NCBI GenBank assembly: GCA_040954595.2
Contig: CM082595.2
Span: forward strand, 6,686,193-6,750,192
Origin: Balanoglossus misakiensis
Lineage: Eukaryota; Animalia; Hemichordata
Direction of reading: 5' to 3'
DNA: 64,000 nucleotides
Shown here piece by piece: positions 14,143-26,503 of the stretch. The translations under genes were made by a program, and so were the position numbers. The notes under the pieces were generated by a model. The model had not been told where the DNA came from, did no database searches, and saw only the letters and a list, made by a program, of their open reading frames with translations. Within the stretch, counting starts at the first letter, position 1. Each line of letters opens with the position of its first letter.

Positions 14143-16432
14143 ATGTCCGGTTCACATGACGACAATGGACCGGCCGCCGTCCTTGAACTAATCCACGGTT
14201 GTTTCAAATCAAAGGTAAGTCGTTATCTTTGTTATCCGTAAGATTTTGTAGCAAACTACTCCAGATAATATTAACATTTGCAAACAGCCCAGTCTGAATT
14301 CATTGTAATATCTGGTTGTGTTGTAACAGGTCTTATTTGCTGCTTGCGAGCTTGGCGTCTTTGACGCTTTGGCAGACGACTCTGAGAAGGGCAAGACAGC
14401 TGAACAACTGGCTACTGAAATGTCCACAGACGTCGATGCTACCGAACGATTTCTGAACGCGTGTGTCGGTCTCAAGCTTCTGGAAAAATCGGTGGTTGGT
14501 GAGAATAATGGTAATCAAGACATTTTGTTTATTGAATAAAAATCAATATTTATGACTGAAGAATGGTGTGATTACCAGTATGGAGCAATTTACTTATCAC
14601 TTGAACAGACCATCTCAAAATGTAGGATTCAGTAATTCAAACAATTTTACACCAATGCAAATAGTGTGGTTCACTTTCTGATCAAAGAGAGAAATGTTTT
14701 AATTTATGAGCATCAATAAGTATGCCAATAAACATTAAGTACATTTCTTTTCATAGCAGTCATTTTCCCAATCTGTATGATTGAAAGTATAGAGTTCAGC
14801 GGCAATATCGAACAGTGGTGTGTGGGACTTTAATATTTTTCGTGAATTACCTTTCAGTTGTATACTCCAACACTGCGTTAGCCTCGACGTATCTCACTGC
14901 CAATCCAGCATCCTTGAAAGGCTTGGTCGGTTTTTCCAACTGGTTCACCTGGCCACTTCTTAGCCACTTGGAGAACGCCGTCAAGGAGGATGCAAACCAA
15001 GTCAGCAGGAACTTTGGGATCAGTGAGGGGGCGCTCTACAAGGACATCTTCGCAAATGAAGTCAGCACTCGAAATTTCGTCGCCGGTATGCATGGGATGT
15101 CCCTCATGTCAGCTCCATCTGTGGCCAGAGCAGTTGACCTATCCGACTTTAAAACCGCCTGTGATTTTGGAGGTAGGTACACAAGGACATAGAAAAAAAA
15201 ACGGTATAGAGGCTATATTTGTGCGGTGAATGGTAAATATGAAAGGTTGAGGGCGCGATACGCAAGTGACATGTGCTTGTCGCCAGGTGTTGGCACCAAT
15301 GTCATTGACCCAGTTCAACTTCCGGCGACAGTTTTTGCAGGCAGCCATCGTAATCCAGATGACTACAATGGCAGCCACCAGAACACAGAACTATACGACA
15401 GACAAACTGACCTGCTCTGCTTATAGAAAGCTGATTCAATCTGCTGTGGAGACAATTTGTGTCGTCTAATACTGTCGCTGGGTCTTCCTTGCTCTCATTC
15501 TTCCCCTCCCATATCCTGATATGTGACTTGTACCGCATTCAAATTTCGTACTTTATACAGTAGCCAATAAGATTCTGTCTTACATAAGGCTGCACTTGTG
15601 AATATTAGAACAAACGATAAGGTACATGTGCAGCGGCTGGTTGTTGAACTGACACAAATAGGTCTTTGTGAATGACTTGGTAATTAACCATTTTTCATTT
15701 AGTTCAAAGGTTTTCCTAAATGAATTACTTGTATTACAGTTTAAAGACCGTCGTCGACGCGTCCTCGTTTTTCTTCTACAGGAGGAAGTGGCGCCCTCGC
15801 ACACGAAATTAACCGAGTTTACCCGAAGATGTCAATCAAAGTACTTGAACTGCCGCCAGTTGCCAAGATAGCCCATCACTTTGAACCGAAGGATGGAGTG
15901 ACACGTAATGTCCAGTTCGTGGCTGGTGACTTCTTCGAGGAAGAGTTTCCTGAAGCTGACCTTTACATCTTCTCGTTAATCATTCACAACTGGAAGGCGG
16001 ATAAAATTGACCAGCTGCTCAAGAAGACCTACAAGGCACTGAAACCAGGTGTGCTATAGTTGACCATCTTTTCTGTTGTCAGGACAGCACACTGCCTTAT
16101 GGCATTGACTGTATATAATGTTTGTAACCATAATGTTTTGTAACCAGAGTCTCTGGTTTGGCACATGCGCATAGGACGATCGTCGTTCTTTAAACTAGTC
16201 TCATTTACCTTTCATAATAGGGGGTGCTATTCTCATCGCTGAAGGTTTATTGGACGATGAAAAAACCAACCCGAAGGTTTTAATGCGGTGTATGTTGATG
16301 CTGGTTGGCAGCGAAGGACGGGAGAGGTCTGCTAAGGAGTACAGGCAGTTACTTGAAAAACACGGTTTTCAAGACATTCAATTCAAACGTACGGGAGTTC
16401 CTCTGGATGTTATTTTTGCAAGACGACATTGA
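14143..16432 (+). CDS. ASMT: Acetylserotonin O-methyltransferase-like class II O-methyltransferase, copy 2 (~348 aa), tandem paralog
   Basis: Coding exons 14143-14214, 14330-14510, 14858-15172, 15782-16048, 16221-16432 (1047 nt, in frame), with the same intron positions and phases as copy 1. Motifs DFGGGSG, GDFF, FSLIIHNW, EGRERSAKEY. AATAAA at 16468-16473. Confidence 0.92.
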
Positions 16433-18402
16433 TGTGTATAAGCGTGTATGCGACATTGATGTGCAATAATAAAACGGCATGTATTGGTATCGATATGTTC
16501 TTCATTTATTCCATCCAAGCAATACATGAAATAGAGACATATATTTATAGTTTTTTGTCAGACCTGCTTGGTGAGATCAAATAATATGTATTTCAGTTAC
16601 CACATTACCGCCACCAGTCTGGTCGGACTCGTATTGCGTCGTTTTTTACCCATTGTAAATATAAGTGAAATAAAGTCTAGAGGAAGTTATTCAACGTATT
16701 TAATTAGTCATCAGATTAAAATGTGATACATATTATATGAAAATGAACTGGTACAGTGTTACACTCAGTGATTAACCATGAAAGCACTCAGAAGTGGTTA
16801 CCTTTTAAGGGTGCAGTAACATTTAACACAAAAATGAATAACTTGATTATTCTATTAAGGGTTATAATATTGCCCGAAGATACTCGAAATAAATCGTAGA
16901 AAGATAGCTATATCCAATCCTTTGGTTACCTAGCTTTGCGCGTTACTTACATTAAGTAGATGTGCACTAAATGATAAGCCATGAAAATATCCTCCTATGA
17001 TATAAACTGCCTAATCACGCGAGATCTCACAGGGTCTCGCGGAGTTCGGAAAATGGCCTATTGTCGAATTTTTTTCTTTCTGTGTATTTTTCTCACAAAG
17101 TCAATATACACCGGTATGTAAGATACATAATTCTTTGACATATGATCGATAAACGCGTACTGCAGCACATTGTATTCTTGGCTGCTTTCGTCCAACGGAA
17201 GCTCACATATCATGACGTCATATGTAGAACAGCACTCGGCTGGCTGTTCCATTTAGACTGGGGTATACGATCACAAAAGTGATGACCGAAGACAAAAACT
17301 TTTTTTAATTTTTTTTTTCATGAACAGAATTGTGCGTACGCACAGAGTGAGATAATAGGTAAAGGCACCATGGCAACAAGCCATGTGCGCGAATGACTGT
17401 GGAATCACGCGTATTCTCCTTTCTATACACGCGCTCCCTCGCATCGGGTATTCGTTTGCACCGCTGTCGCTCTAAGCGAACATTTTACAGAAACGTTGCT
17501 GCAAGTCTGCGTGCAGCAATTATATTCCGGAATAGTTCTATTACGAACTAAATGTTACATGTGTCTCCGAGACTGTTTTGAAGCCATACTCAAAACTCTA
17601 ACTTTTAGAGAGTGGGACATGAAACCGCAGTTGATACCCAATAAAAAAAATCTTATTTTTTTACAATATATCTTTTTTTCTTAAACCTTTTACTCGTGTT
17701 TTGTTCAAAATGAACTTGAAGGAAGAATTTTCTGATACGAGATTCATCCTTAGAAGTACTGAATGCACGTCAAATATGACACAGTACTTGTGACCGAAGG
17801 TAGCTTTTCAAACCCCTTGGGACTTTAGCTACTAGTTTGCTGTTTCAAAGACTTTTTTTCTTTACGCTCAACTCACAAAAACCGAAAGTTTTGCTGTTTA
17901 TTATTAAATTTATCCAACGAACTTTGTTTTAGTTTTTTCTTCTTCAAATATACCAACAAACAACAGAAGATCACGTTTGAACCATGTGATCAAACTACTG
18001 GTATTTTTTACTGAATTCGGCGTTTTTAATACTCTCACTAACAATGGCGGATCACTACTGGACTTGTGATCAAGGAATTTCGTGGACTCGCGTACGGGTT
18101 TATCTGTGACGTCACAGACAAATCGTCACACAATTGTGCCGATCCACTGGTGAAATGTCGGGAAGGCTGGGTCTCGACACACACCTACTTTGTTACTTTA
18201 AAAAAAAACTGCCCCAACTTTCTTATTATTGGGTTAATCTTGGTTAAGGATGTACGCACAGAACATAAACCGGAAACACTGCGCGCCCCGTCTTTTTCCC
18301 ATACGATTACATTGATAATCGCCAGAAAACAAACTTCTACTATTCTCATTTTCACGAAATTTTACACATAGCTCAGTCCAGCAAATATAAATTCATTGGT
18401 CA

Positions 18403-18572
18403 AATAAAATATAGGGGTCACCGCGCTCTATTTTGAGATAAATTGCGTTAAAAAGTTTGCCAATAGACAAACCATTGGTGAAAAATGCTGAATCAGCAGA
18501 TTTCTTCTATTATCGACCAAATTCATGGCTCTGTATTTCATAAACAAGCGCGGTGACCCCTATATTTTATTA
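18403..18572. repeat. 25-bp perfect inverted repeat, probably internal to a decayed DNA transposon
   Basis: AATAAAATATAGGGGTCACCGCGCT (18403-18427) and AGCGCGGTGACCCCTATATTTTATT (18548-18572). Confidence 0.6.
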
Positions 18573-18805
18573 CGGATTTTCATTATATATACAAAGGAGA
18601 ATAAATAGATCCACAATTAAAAAAAATGACAATACTTTCAATTTTACTGAACGTACATCCTTAATACCATTTAAAACATTTTTTCTCGGCAATCTAAGCA
18701 TCAGAGATAACCATCCTGCCATCCTAACAATCATTGCTTACATAACTTTATGCAGAAATTGAAAACAGCAATTTTCTATCAAGAAATTTACACAAATTTA
18801 ATTTT

Positions 18806-21800
18806 TTACATATTTTCCATATCTACCTGTCTGATGTAAGTAATGATGTATTCAGGATAGGCTTGCGTCATGTCGAAGACGACATAAATGGCCGGCTGGC
18901 TCGTGTTGTTGACGCAGGAATCGTATAGCGCCCCCAGCGGGTTGTTTGGATTCTTCGGGGGTGGTCTGACGTACTCAGGTTTGCCCTGCGCAAACTCACC
19001 CACCAGCACGCGCGCCATGAACATCTTCTTGTACAAGTCGTCGGTGGCCACGTACAGGTCCGAGTACTTGGCTGTTTGCGCGAAGTAGCTCCCCTTGCCG
19101 AATTTGGTGCCAACTCTGCTGCCGCTCAGTCGCCAGTCGAAATTCTGACGACAGATGACGTCGACGAACTTTTCGGTGGTTCCGTGGAAAAGATGGCGGA
19201 CGTCAAAGTTGCCGTCGTTCGATTTTCCTTTCAAGTCAATGTATCGCCTGCAAATCAATGCAAGTTGAAGAACCAGTGTTAGGCAGTCCTGGTCAGTCGG
19301 TTGGTCGGACATCCAACCAACCAACCATCCTCCCACTCGATCGATCAAGTGATTGGTTAACAGACAATCAATCAATTGGTTGATGAATTGACAGATCATG
19401 CAATCAATTAGTATAGAACAAAGCGAACAAAATGATTATTTAGCCGTCAATAATTTTTTTGTAAAATCCCATCAAAAAGGTTATCGCATTGTGACATCAA
19501 ATCAAATTGTTGCGTCGAAATAATATTTCACTGTTCCCCTCATATCTTGATATCGACGAAAATAACAGAAAAGTTATTGGTAGACATTACTAGATATTCA
19601 ACACTCACTTTGCAAAGAAATCCCACATGTTGTCGTTCTGGACTCTTTCAATGGAAACTATGAGCGCACCAGGCATGGTTTTCTGAAATAGGGAAATAAC
19701 TTCGTTGTACTCGGCGCTGGTGTCACCAACCTCGCTGAGCGTGGCAATACTGTAGCCTCCCTTATCGTCTGCAGTTTTGTCCCAGTTTTTCATTTTCATG
19801 TCAATTTGTGGGATCGGGGTATTTTTCTTTTGGGCAGATTTCTTGGGTTTACTTGCCATCCTAATATAAAGAAAATATTAAGAAACAACATAGTTATGTA
19901 ATAAAACTATTATTGATCAACTTCTCGATGAAATGATGGGCAATCGTGACATTGTCTACTGCATAACATAGATCCATTTAACGCCAGCAGGCAGCCATCA
20001 TGAATTTTAACTCAAAACGAGGCAAATGGGGAAAGTTGACCAATCACATCAAGGGGTTTTCCACGATGGCTGTATGAGGGCGCTAGACTTATGGATGTAT
20101 GCGATCTAATTATCTATGGAAATATTTTTGTTGGTGCGAAACATTCCATGCTATACTTACTCTTTCTTGTAGTTCTCTATGTCGCCGGCTGAAATGAACT
20201 TTGGTCGTCGCCTGACGTCTTTCTTCTTAGATGTGACGATGTTACTCTGATTCATTTGACCGAAATTCAGATCAAAGTTGTCGTCCAGGCCAACTGAGAA
20301 CTGCACCGTCAAGGGGGCGCCCTCCTTTTTGAACGTTTGATACTTCTGTTCAATGTCCGCGCTACGTATGGTGGCCGAGCCCTTTCCTCCCTGTAAGAAA
20401 TGGCCATTGTTAGTGTACACCAAAATCTCCTTGTGGCGAGGTCACGTACGCCATGGCATGAGTAATTGATCTCAACACACTGCTTCGGTTAGCTGATCAC
20501 AGCTTCTCACGTGCTAAGACAAGGACCACATAGACGCAGGTACAAGAAATCCGCCATTTTGAAATGCACCTCTTACTCCCGGAAGTGGTTTAGCCTAATG
20601 AACTTTGACATAATTATCACGGGATTATCGCATAAATTTTCGGTGAAGATCTAGACATCTATGTCGTGGCCTACAGAGTCTACTGACTGTTGTCAATATT
20701 TTTTACCGATGCGATTTTTTTACATGATAAAGATATTATCAAGCGGTCTTGATTACGTCTCTCCATCTTTTGACCCGGAAGTAATAAATAATGCCTTGTT
20801 ATTAACCAATCAGGTTTCATAGTTTTATATATTGGGGTTTGCCATTACGTATCTATTTGTGTTTGTCACGGAGGCGGGAACCAACCAATACATGAGGGTG
20901 GGCGGACAAACGGTTATTTATAAGTCACATGATCTTATCAATGGGTACAATAAGCCAAAATAGCGACAGCATCGACAACGCAGGCTGCGATCAATGGGAC
21001 TACCCACCTGTTCGCCATATTGGCACCATCCCGCCTCTCCTTTCCAATACCAGATCCATTCAGTTGCCAGCTTTTGTTTCGAGGATACTGTAGACACCGT
21101 GGACAGACGGCGGAGATCACAGGTCTTCTTCTTTGTCAGGTCGATGGCCAACATCTTGTTGAAATCTACTATGAGCTTGGAAGAGTCACCAGTGCTGTAG
21201 AAAGAAAGGTTTCACCAAATGCAATGATCCGTGGTCAAAAACGAAAACGAAAGCTGCCATGACCCCCTTAACTATTCTCGGCTCTTGGACAGTACCCCTC
21301 CCCCCCCCCCTCCCCGGGCAGTTATCTACTGTACAATTCTCTAACAGAATACCTTGACTACAGCCATGATTGGTGGATGGGAATTGTCCGGTTGCTAATC
21401 ATCTGCTGAGAAATTGTCCTTATAACCAGTTCCCAGAAGCCGTTCCATATTAGAAGATAATGGTAGAACACATTTTTCTCGTCGCTGATTGCCCACAAAT
21501 AAAAAATAAAAAGCGTGTCCATGAGACATTTACCTTATTTGTGGTTTATCCCGCGTGACGTCACAGAACTGTTTTTCGAGGTCAGAGTTCAAATCTTCCG
21601 GGAAATTTTCCCAGTCCGGTGAGCCACGTCTTTGCCACATGAAAGGTGTGGGAAAGTGAAGATTGGTGCACCTCTCCCCTTTCTTGCATCTGTCAACCAG
21701 GAATTGTATGCAGATAACTTCAGACCGCTGTTGTTGGGTCGGCGGCTCTACAGATAGATTTCTTATATCTGGCAGAGACGGTGCTCGCGGCATCTTTCCT

Positions 21801-23209
21801 TGATGACCAGGTGAGGGAGGCCTCACTCCACCACCTGCTCCCCTTCCACCTGTGTTACCACCACGACCCCCACGACCACGTTGTCCTTGTTGTTGTTGAT
21901 ATTGTTGTTGTTGTCCTCCTCTTCCTGTGTTAGTTCCAGAATGCACCCCTCCGCCACGTCCTCCTCTAAAAGCGCCACCACCACGGCCACCACGCTGTTG
22001 TTGATGATGATGTTGTGGTTGTTGATGTTGTTGTTGTTGTTGTTGTTGTATTTGTTGCTGTTGTCCTCTTCCTGTGGGATATCCGCCTCCACCACGGCCC
22101 CCTCTAACCCCACCACCACGCCAACCACCCCGTTGCTGCTGCTGTTGTTGTAGTTGTTGTCCTCTTCCTGTGGGATATCCAAGGTATCCGCCTCCACCAT
22201 GACCACCTTCAAATTGTCCACCACCTGACCAACCTCCTCTTGTACCTCCTCCACGCATGGCATAATTATTGTGTTGACCATCAAAGCCTCTTCCCCTCTG
22301 AGGCTGTCGGTGATATGTTCCAGGTGGCTGTTGATGTTCATAGCTTTGCATTGGCTCCATGTTCTGGTTCACAGCGGGTCCAGGAGGCCTGTTATCTCGC
22401 TGCGTTTGCCCCTGCAGGGACAGTTTCCGTTGGATCATCTTGGTTATTTCGACCGAGGGCAGTGTCGTGTCGATGGCGTACTTCTCAAGAACACGCTTCG
22501 GTTGTTCATCATACACTCGGTGCGAATATGGACAGTTTTTCTGTCTGCATAGTTCACTTATGGAGGCGAATGCAGGGCAAAGGTGGAGTCCATATGCGCA
22601 GGCGTTTCCCCATTTGCACCCATCGGCACTTGAATAGTACCGGCACAGACTGGGGAAGACGTAGCGAGGATTGGCGATCTTCGTCATCGATTTCAGGAGG
22701 TCGAAATCAAGTTTGTCCAGGCCGTTGGACTTCAGAACCTGCCCGTTGTGCTGGTCCTCGTGGAAGCTGTGGGGCCGGCTACACTGCTTTGGTTCTTCGT
22801 CCACATCGCCGGGAGCGGAACCCGAGTAGTGGCAATTCCCCACTATGAAGAACTTGCAGATATGTAACTGCGAGCAGCCCTGCTGCTTGCAACCCGCCTC
22901 GGTCAAGTACTGGCCGCACATTCGCAAGACGGGCTTCACGGCGACCACCCAGCCGCCACCCTTCTTGTCCAGCTGGAAGTGCTTGGTGTATTTAGCGAAA
23001 AATATTTCCGGCTTGGACCCGCCGAACAACTGTGTGCATTTGTCAGGGCCCAGTGCCACCAACAGCTCCGCCAGCTGAACGCGCCCGTCGTATAGGTTAC
23101 ACACGTACTTTAGCATTTCCTCCATAGCGTCTTCTTCGCTGATGACGTCCGAAGAATTAGACGCCGGAAAATTGAGTGTCTCCCATCCTGCAAATTGTGC
23201 AAGCGCCAT
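18806..23209 (-). CDS. PARP12: PARP12/ZAP(ZC3HAV1)-like CCCH-WWE-PARP mono-ADP-ribosyltransferase, paralog A (~928 aa, with RGG/polyQ linker)
   Basis: Minus-strand exons 23209-21534, 21194-21008, 20390-20161, 19860-19609, 19247-18806 (2787 nt, in frame). The start codon is uncertain (23218, 23209 or 23125). Four N-terminal CCCH fingers plus a fifth (CIQFLVDRCKKGERCTNLH), WWE motifs (RRLST, EWIWYW...YGE, DVRRRPKF), PARP domain LFHGT / GKGSYFA / MFMARVLVG / IYVVFD..QAYPEYII. Confidence 0.92.
21243..21253 (+). promoter_or_regulatory. ISRE-like motif GAAAACGAAAG in an intron of PARP paralog A
   Basis: Matches GAAANNGAAA. Sequence match only, and it lies near an acceptor polypyrimidine tract. Confidence 0.25.
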
Positions 23210-24304
23210 TCTGAACATACACAGCGCCAAAGTCTCTCTCTCTCTCTAGATCTCTGTACACTGTTGCAAAACCGGCCTCGATCTGGCAATTCTCGGAACC
23301 CAACACATCATAGCCGACAGGTGATGCATTGGGTTTTTTTGTGACGTATGTACCGTGAAGAGCAAAATGAAAGTCCGGACCTTACCGTACCATACACCAG
23401 TGCGTCTTTTGGTTCAAACAGAAAGTAACATTGGTTGGTCGGGTTGATGACGTCGCGTCGGGGTGTTTATATTGTGACCCACTTCTCGGCGCGACCTTCA
23501 GTATTGTAAATGAAATGCATAAATGAAATACATGTACTAGTATAAGCTAATGCCTTCCTTCCATTTATAAAACAATTAAAATACTACGCTGGTGCGATTG
23601 TTAATCATTTCTTCTATCAAATTGAATTTAGTTTAATTTCATTGCTTTTCATTTATACGATCAACGAGCCAGTCACGACATTACCATGTGACCTTTGATC
23701 GCATTATTGACACGCTTGAGGGCGCTTATAGGTCACAGGTGAGCTTTCGTGTTCAGCAGAACGTCGTTTCAGCGAACCACAAAACGAAAGAGTAAGGCCC
23801 CTTCAGTAATATTCACCATTCTTTTTATTGAAAATGTGAGTCTGTCCAGGAAACGCGCAACACTGCTTCGCCGTAATTTCGTTGGGCCTTGTGGCACGTT
23901 TTAAATTCAATTGAATCATAGACTCCAGGGTCTATGATTAAATACACGACAGAAGCCAGCAAGCCTGACTTGGCTGACACTTTTTTTCTCAAGCCGATTC
24001 TGTTCACCGTTGTCATATGCCTGTTATTATTGGTTTTCAAGGCGAAGTGAAACCGTGTCACGTCGTATTTATCGTTCAACTACATCTTTAAGTTATACCG
24101 TACGTTCATTTGGACCGTAGCATGCATTCCATGTTCCAAACGACTCTGAAATTTTGTGATGTAGAGAATCAAGTCCCGTAGGAATACTCATTTTATCCAA
24201 GAATCGACAATTTACCTTTTCCTTTCGTTATATCTGTGCACAGCAGTTGTAAGTATAAAAAATAGGAACACGTATTATCGTATACTTTCCAAGGAAACGC
24301 TTAA

Positions 24305-24320
24305 TTTTCACTTTCACTTT
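24305..24320 (-). promoter_or_regulatory. IRF-binding element (AAAGTGAAAGTGAAAA) upstream of PARP paralog A
   Basis: Plus strand TTTTCACTTTCACTTT is a tandem AAGTGA/GAAA repeat matching the IRF1/IRF2 (IRF-E/PRDI-like) consensus. It lies ~0.9 kb upstream of a candidate first-exon donor at 23385. Confidence 0.45.
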
Positions 24321-25300
24321 AGATTCAACTCGAATGCTTATGGGTGCAGCTTTTATTTGCATGCTGTGACGTCATCGTATGTGTCCTTATGTGTTGTTCA
24401 TCATGGTGTTTAAAACTATCATGACTACCACTACTATCTTGGCATGGAATACGAATCGAAAATGACCAGACTTCACTTTGGGATACTCAGAAATTACCAT
24501 CTGGGTGAATATGTGTAGAGCAACATCATTTCCATATACTTCCTTCAAGCAGTACGTTCTGTTCGCGGGCTGCAAGGAATTCGATGTCCCATGGATGACT
24601 TTTAAAATGGCCACTCAACAATTTAGATATTATAGAAATCGTGTTTTCCAAAGAGTAGGCTAACTTATAGAATGGTTTTCAGTGTAGGTTTGACAATTAT
24701 TGGAGGCAATATCTAACAGACGAACAAAATTCATGACAATAATTTATTGGTAAGTTTTTGAGGTCATATTGAAGAATAACATAAGAAAAACATAGTCTTC
24801 ACTTTAGACAGTTTGAACTTTATTCAAGATTAATCGCAACGCAACACTAAATGAATGAAAATACAAGAAGTTTCAGGACAAATTCACTGAGCTGGAACTC
24901 GACGCCAAGTTATTTTTTTGAGAGAAACCTCATCTTCAAGTCACAACCATCTTAACTTCATTATACTACAATGCATATGCTACTATTGCATGTCTGAAAT
25001 TGCACATGTAAATCAAACGTAGGAACATAATGATACGTTTACGTACAGAACATACGTGTCTTATTTTGGTAACTATTAATTACAAGCTCATCAGTTTATG
25101 ATTTGGCAAACAAACTTGTAAAAAATGGCAAAATATGCAGCTCACAGGACTAGAGGCAACCATAGGTAACTATATTAAACTCAAACAATAGATTATGGGC
25201 ACAACAGAACATTTTGGAGAAATTTTCCGTCTATGGCTGATCCGGGAGAATTGTGTGGGATCAGCCAACCAAATCTCGTCTTTTCCGTCATGTGACCCCG

Positions 25301-26416
25301 TCACATTTTCTCCATGTCTTCGTGCTTCATGTACGTGATGATGAATTCTGGGTAGGCCTGGCTCGCCTCGAAGATGACAAATATCTTGGGATTCGCAACT
25401 TTATCCGCACACGAGTCGTACAGGTCGCCGAGGGGGTTGTTCGGGTTCTTTGCTGGGGGTCTGACGTAATCCTCCTCTCCCGGTGCGCAGTCGCCCACCA
25501 GGACGCGCGCGAAGAACATCTTCCGGTACAGGTCATCGGTCGCGATGTAGCTGTCGGCGAACTTCGCCGTCTTTGCAAAATAACTACCCTTGCCGTATTT
25601 TGTTCCAACCCTGGAACCGCTCAAGCGCCAGTCGAAATTCTGGCGACAGATGGCATCAACATAATTTTCGGCTGTGCCGTGGAACAGATGGCGCACATCC
25701 ACCTCGGCAGACCTTTGTTTCATCAGTTCGTATCGCCTGCAAAATGCAAAGACCAAAGAAAACCAAAATATAAAGAACCTAAAAAGGAATGGTACCCGTA
25801 CTTAAAGCCATAACATGTGAAGATATTTAATATCATTTAAACAATACTCCTGAAAGACGTCGACACACATCACAAACATGAATTTGGAGATTGAAACCAA
25901 AATCAAATTTCTCGAACATTTAACCAGGTTCTTTGGTCTATCAGTTTAGAGGCACTTTTTTACAAGGATACTTTTCGAGATTAAAATCAAAACCACGGTG
26001 GCTATTCTCACAGTTTGGAAGGTTCAGTCCCGAAACCGACCTCTCATGCAAACATTCATTAAATGTGATCGATTTGATATAAAAGGGGCTTCATCTCAGA
26101 GGTGGCCAGAATGACAAGGCGACTTACTTGGAGAAAAACGCCCACAAGCTGTGGTTTTGAACTCTCTCCACGGATACTATCAGATCATCCGGCATGGTTT
26201 CGTGGAAGCGGGCAGCGATTTCTTGGTATTCGGCTTTGGTGGTTCCGCTGCCTGACATTGCCACCAAGCTGTACCCGCCTCTGTCCACAGCTGACCTGTC
26301 CCAGTGTTTGGGGTTGGCAGTGATTGGTGGAATTGCGCCCTTTCTGGCAGGTTTCTGAGAGGCTTTCTTCTTTCTGTGAAGAAGAAAGTATCGTTATTAT
26401 AACAGTCGTCGTCGTT

Positions 26417-26447
<31 letters not shown>

Positions 26448-26456
26448 ACAACAACA

Positions 26457-26503
<47 letters not shown>

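Noticed and set aside
18806-18830. C-terminal CaaX prenylation motif as in vertebrate ZAP-L
   Set aside because: The termini are DMENM*, DMEKM* and MISYK*, with no cysteine.
21480-21534. Stop codons just past the first coding-exon donor in all three PARP genes, suggesting a ZAP-S-like short isoform by intronic polyadenylation
   Set aside because: In-frame stops at intron starts are expected by chance, and the nearby AATAAA hexamers in A and C are on the wrong strand.
21823-22848. Alternative-frame and antisense ORFs over paralog A exon 1 (poly-N/V, poly-L, 202-aa + strand ORF)
   Set aside because: By-products of low-complexity or GC-rich coding sequence on other frames; no independent domain signal.
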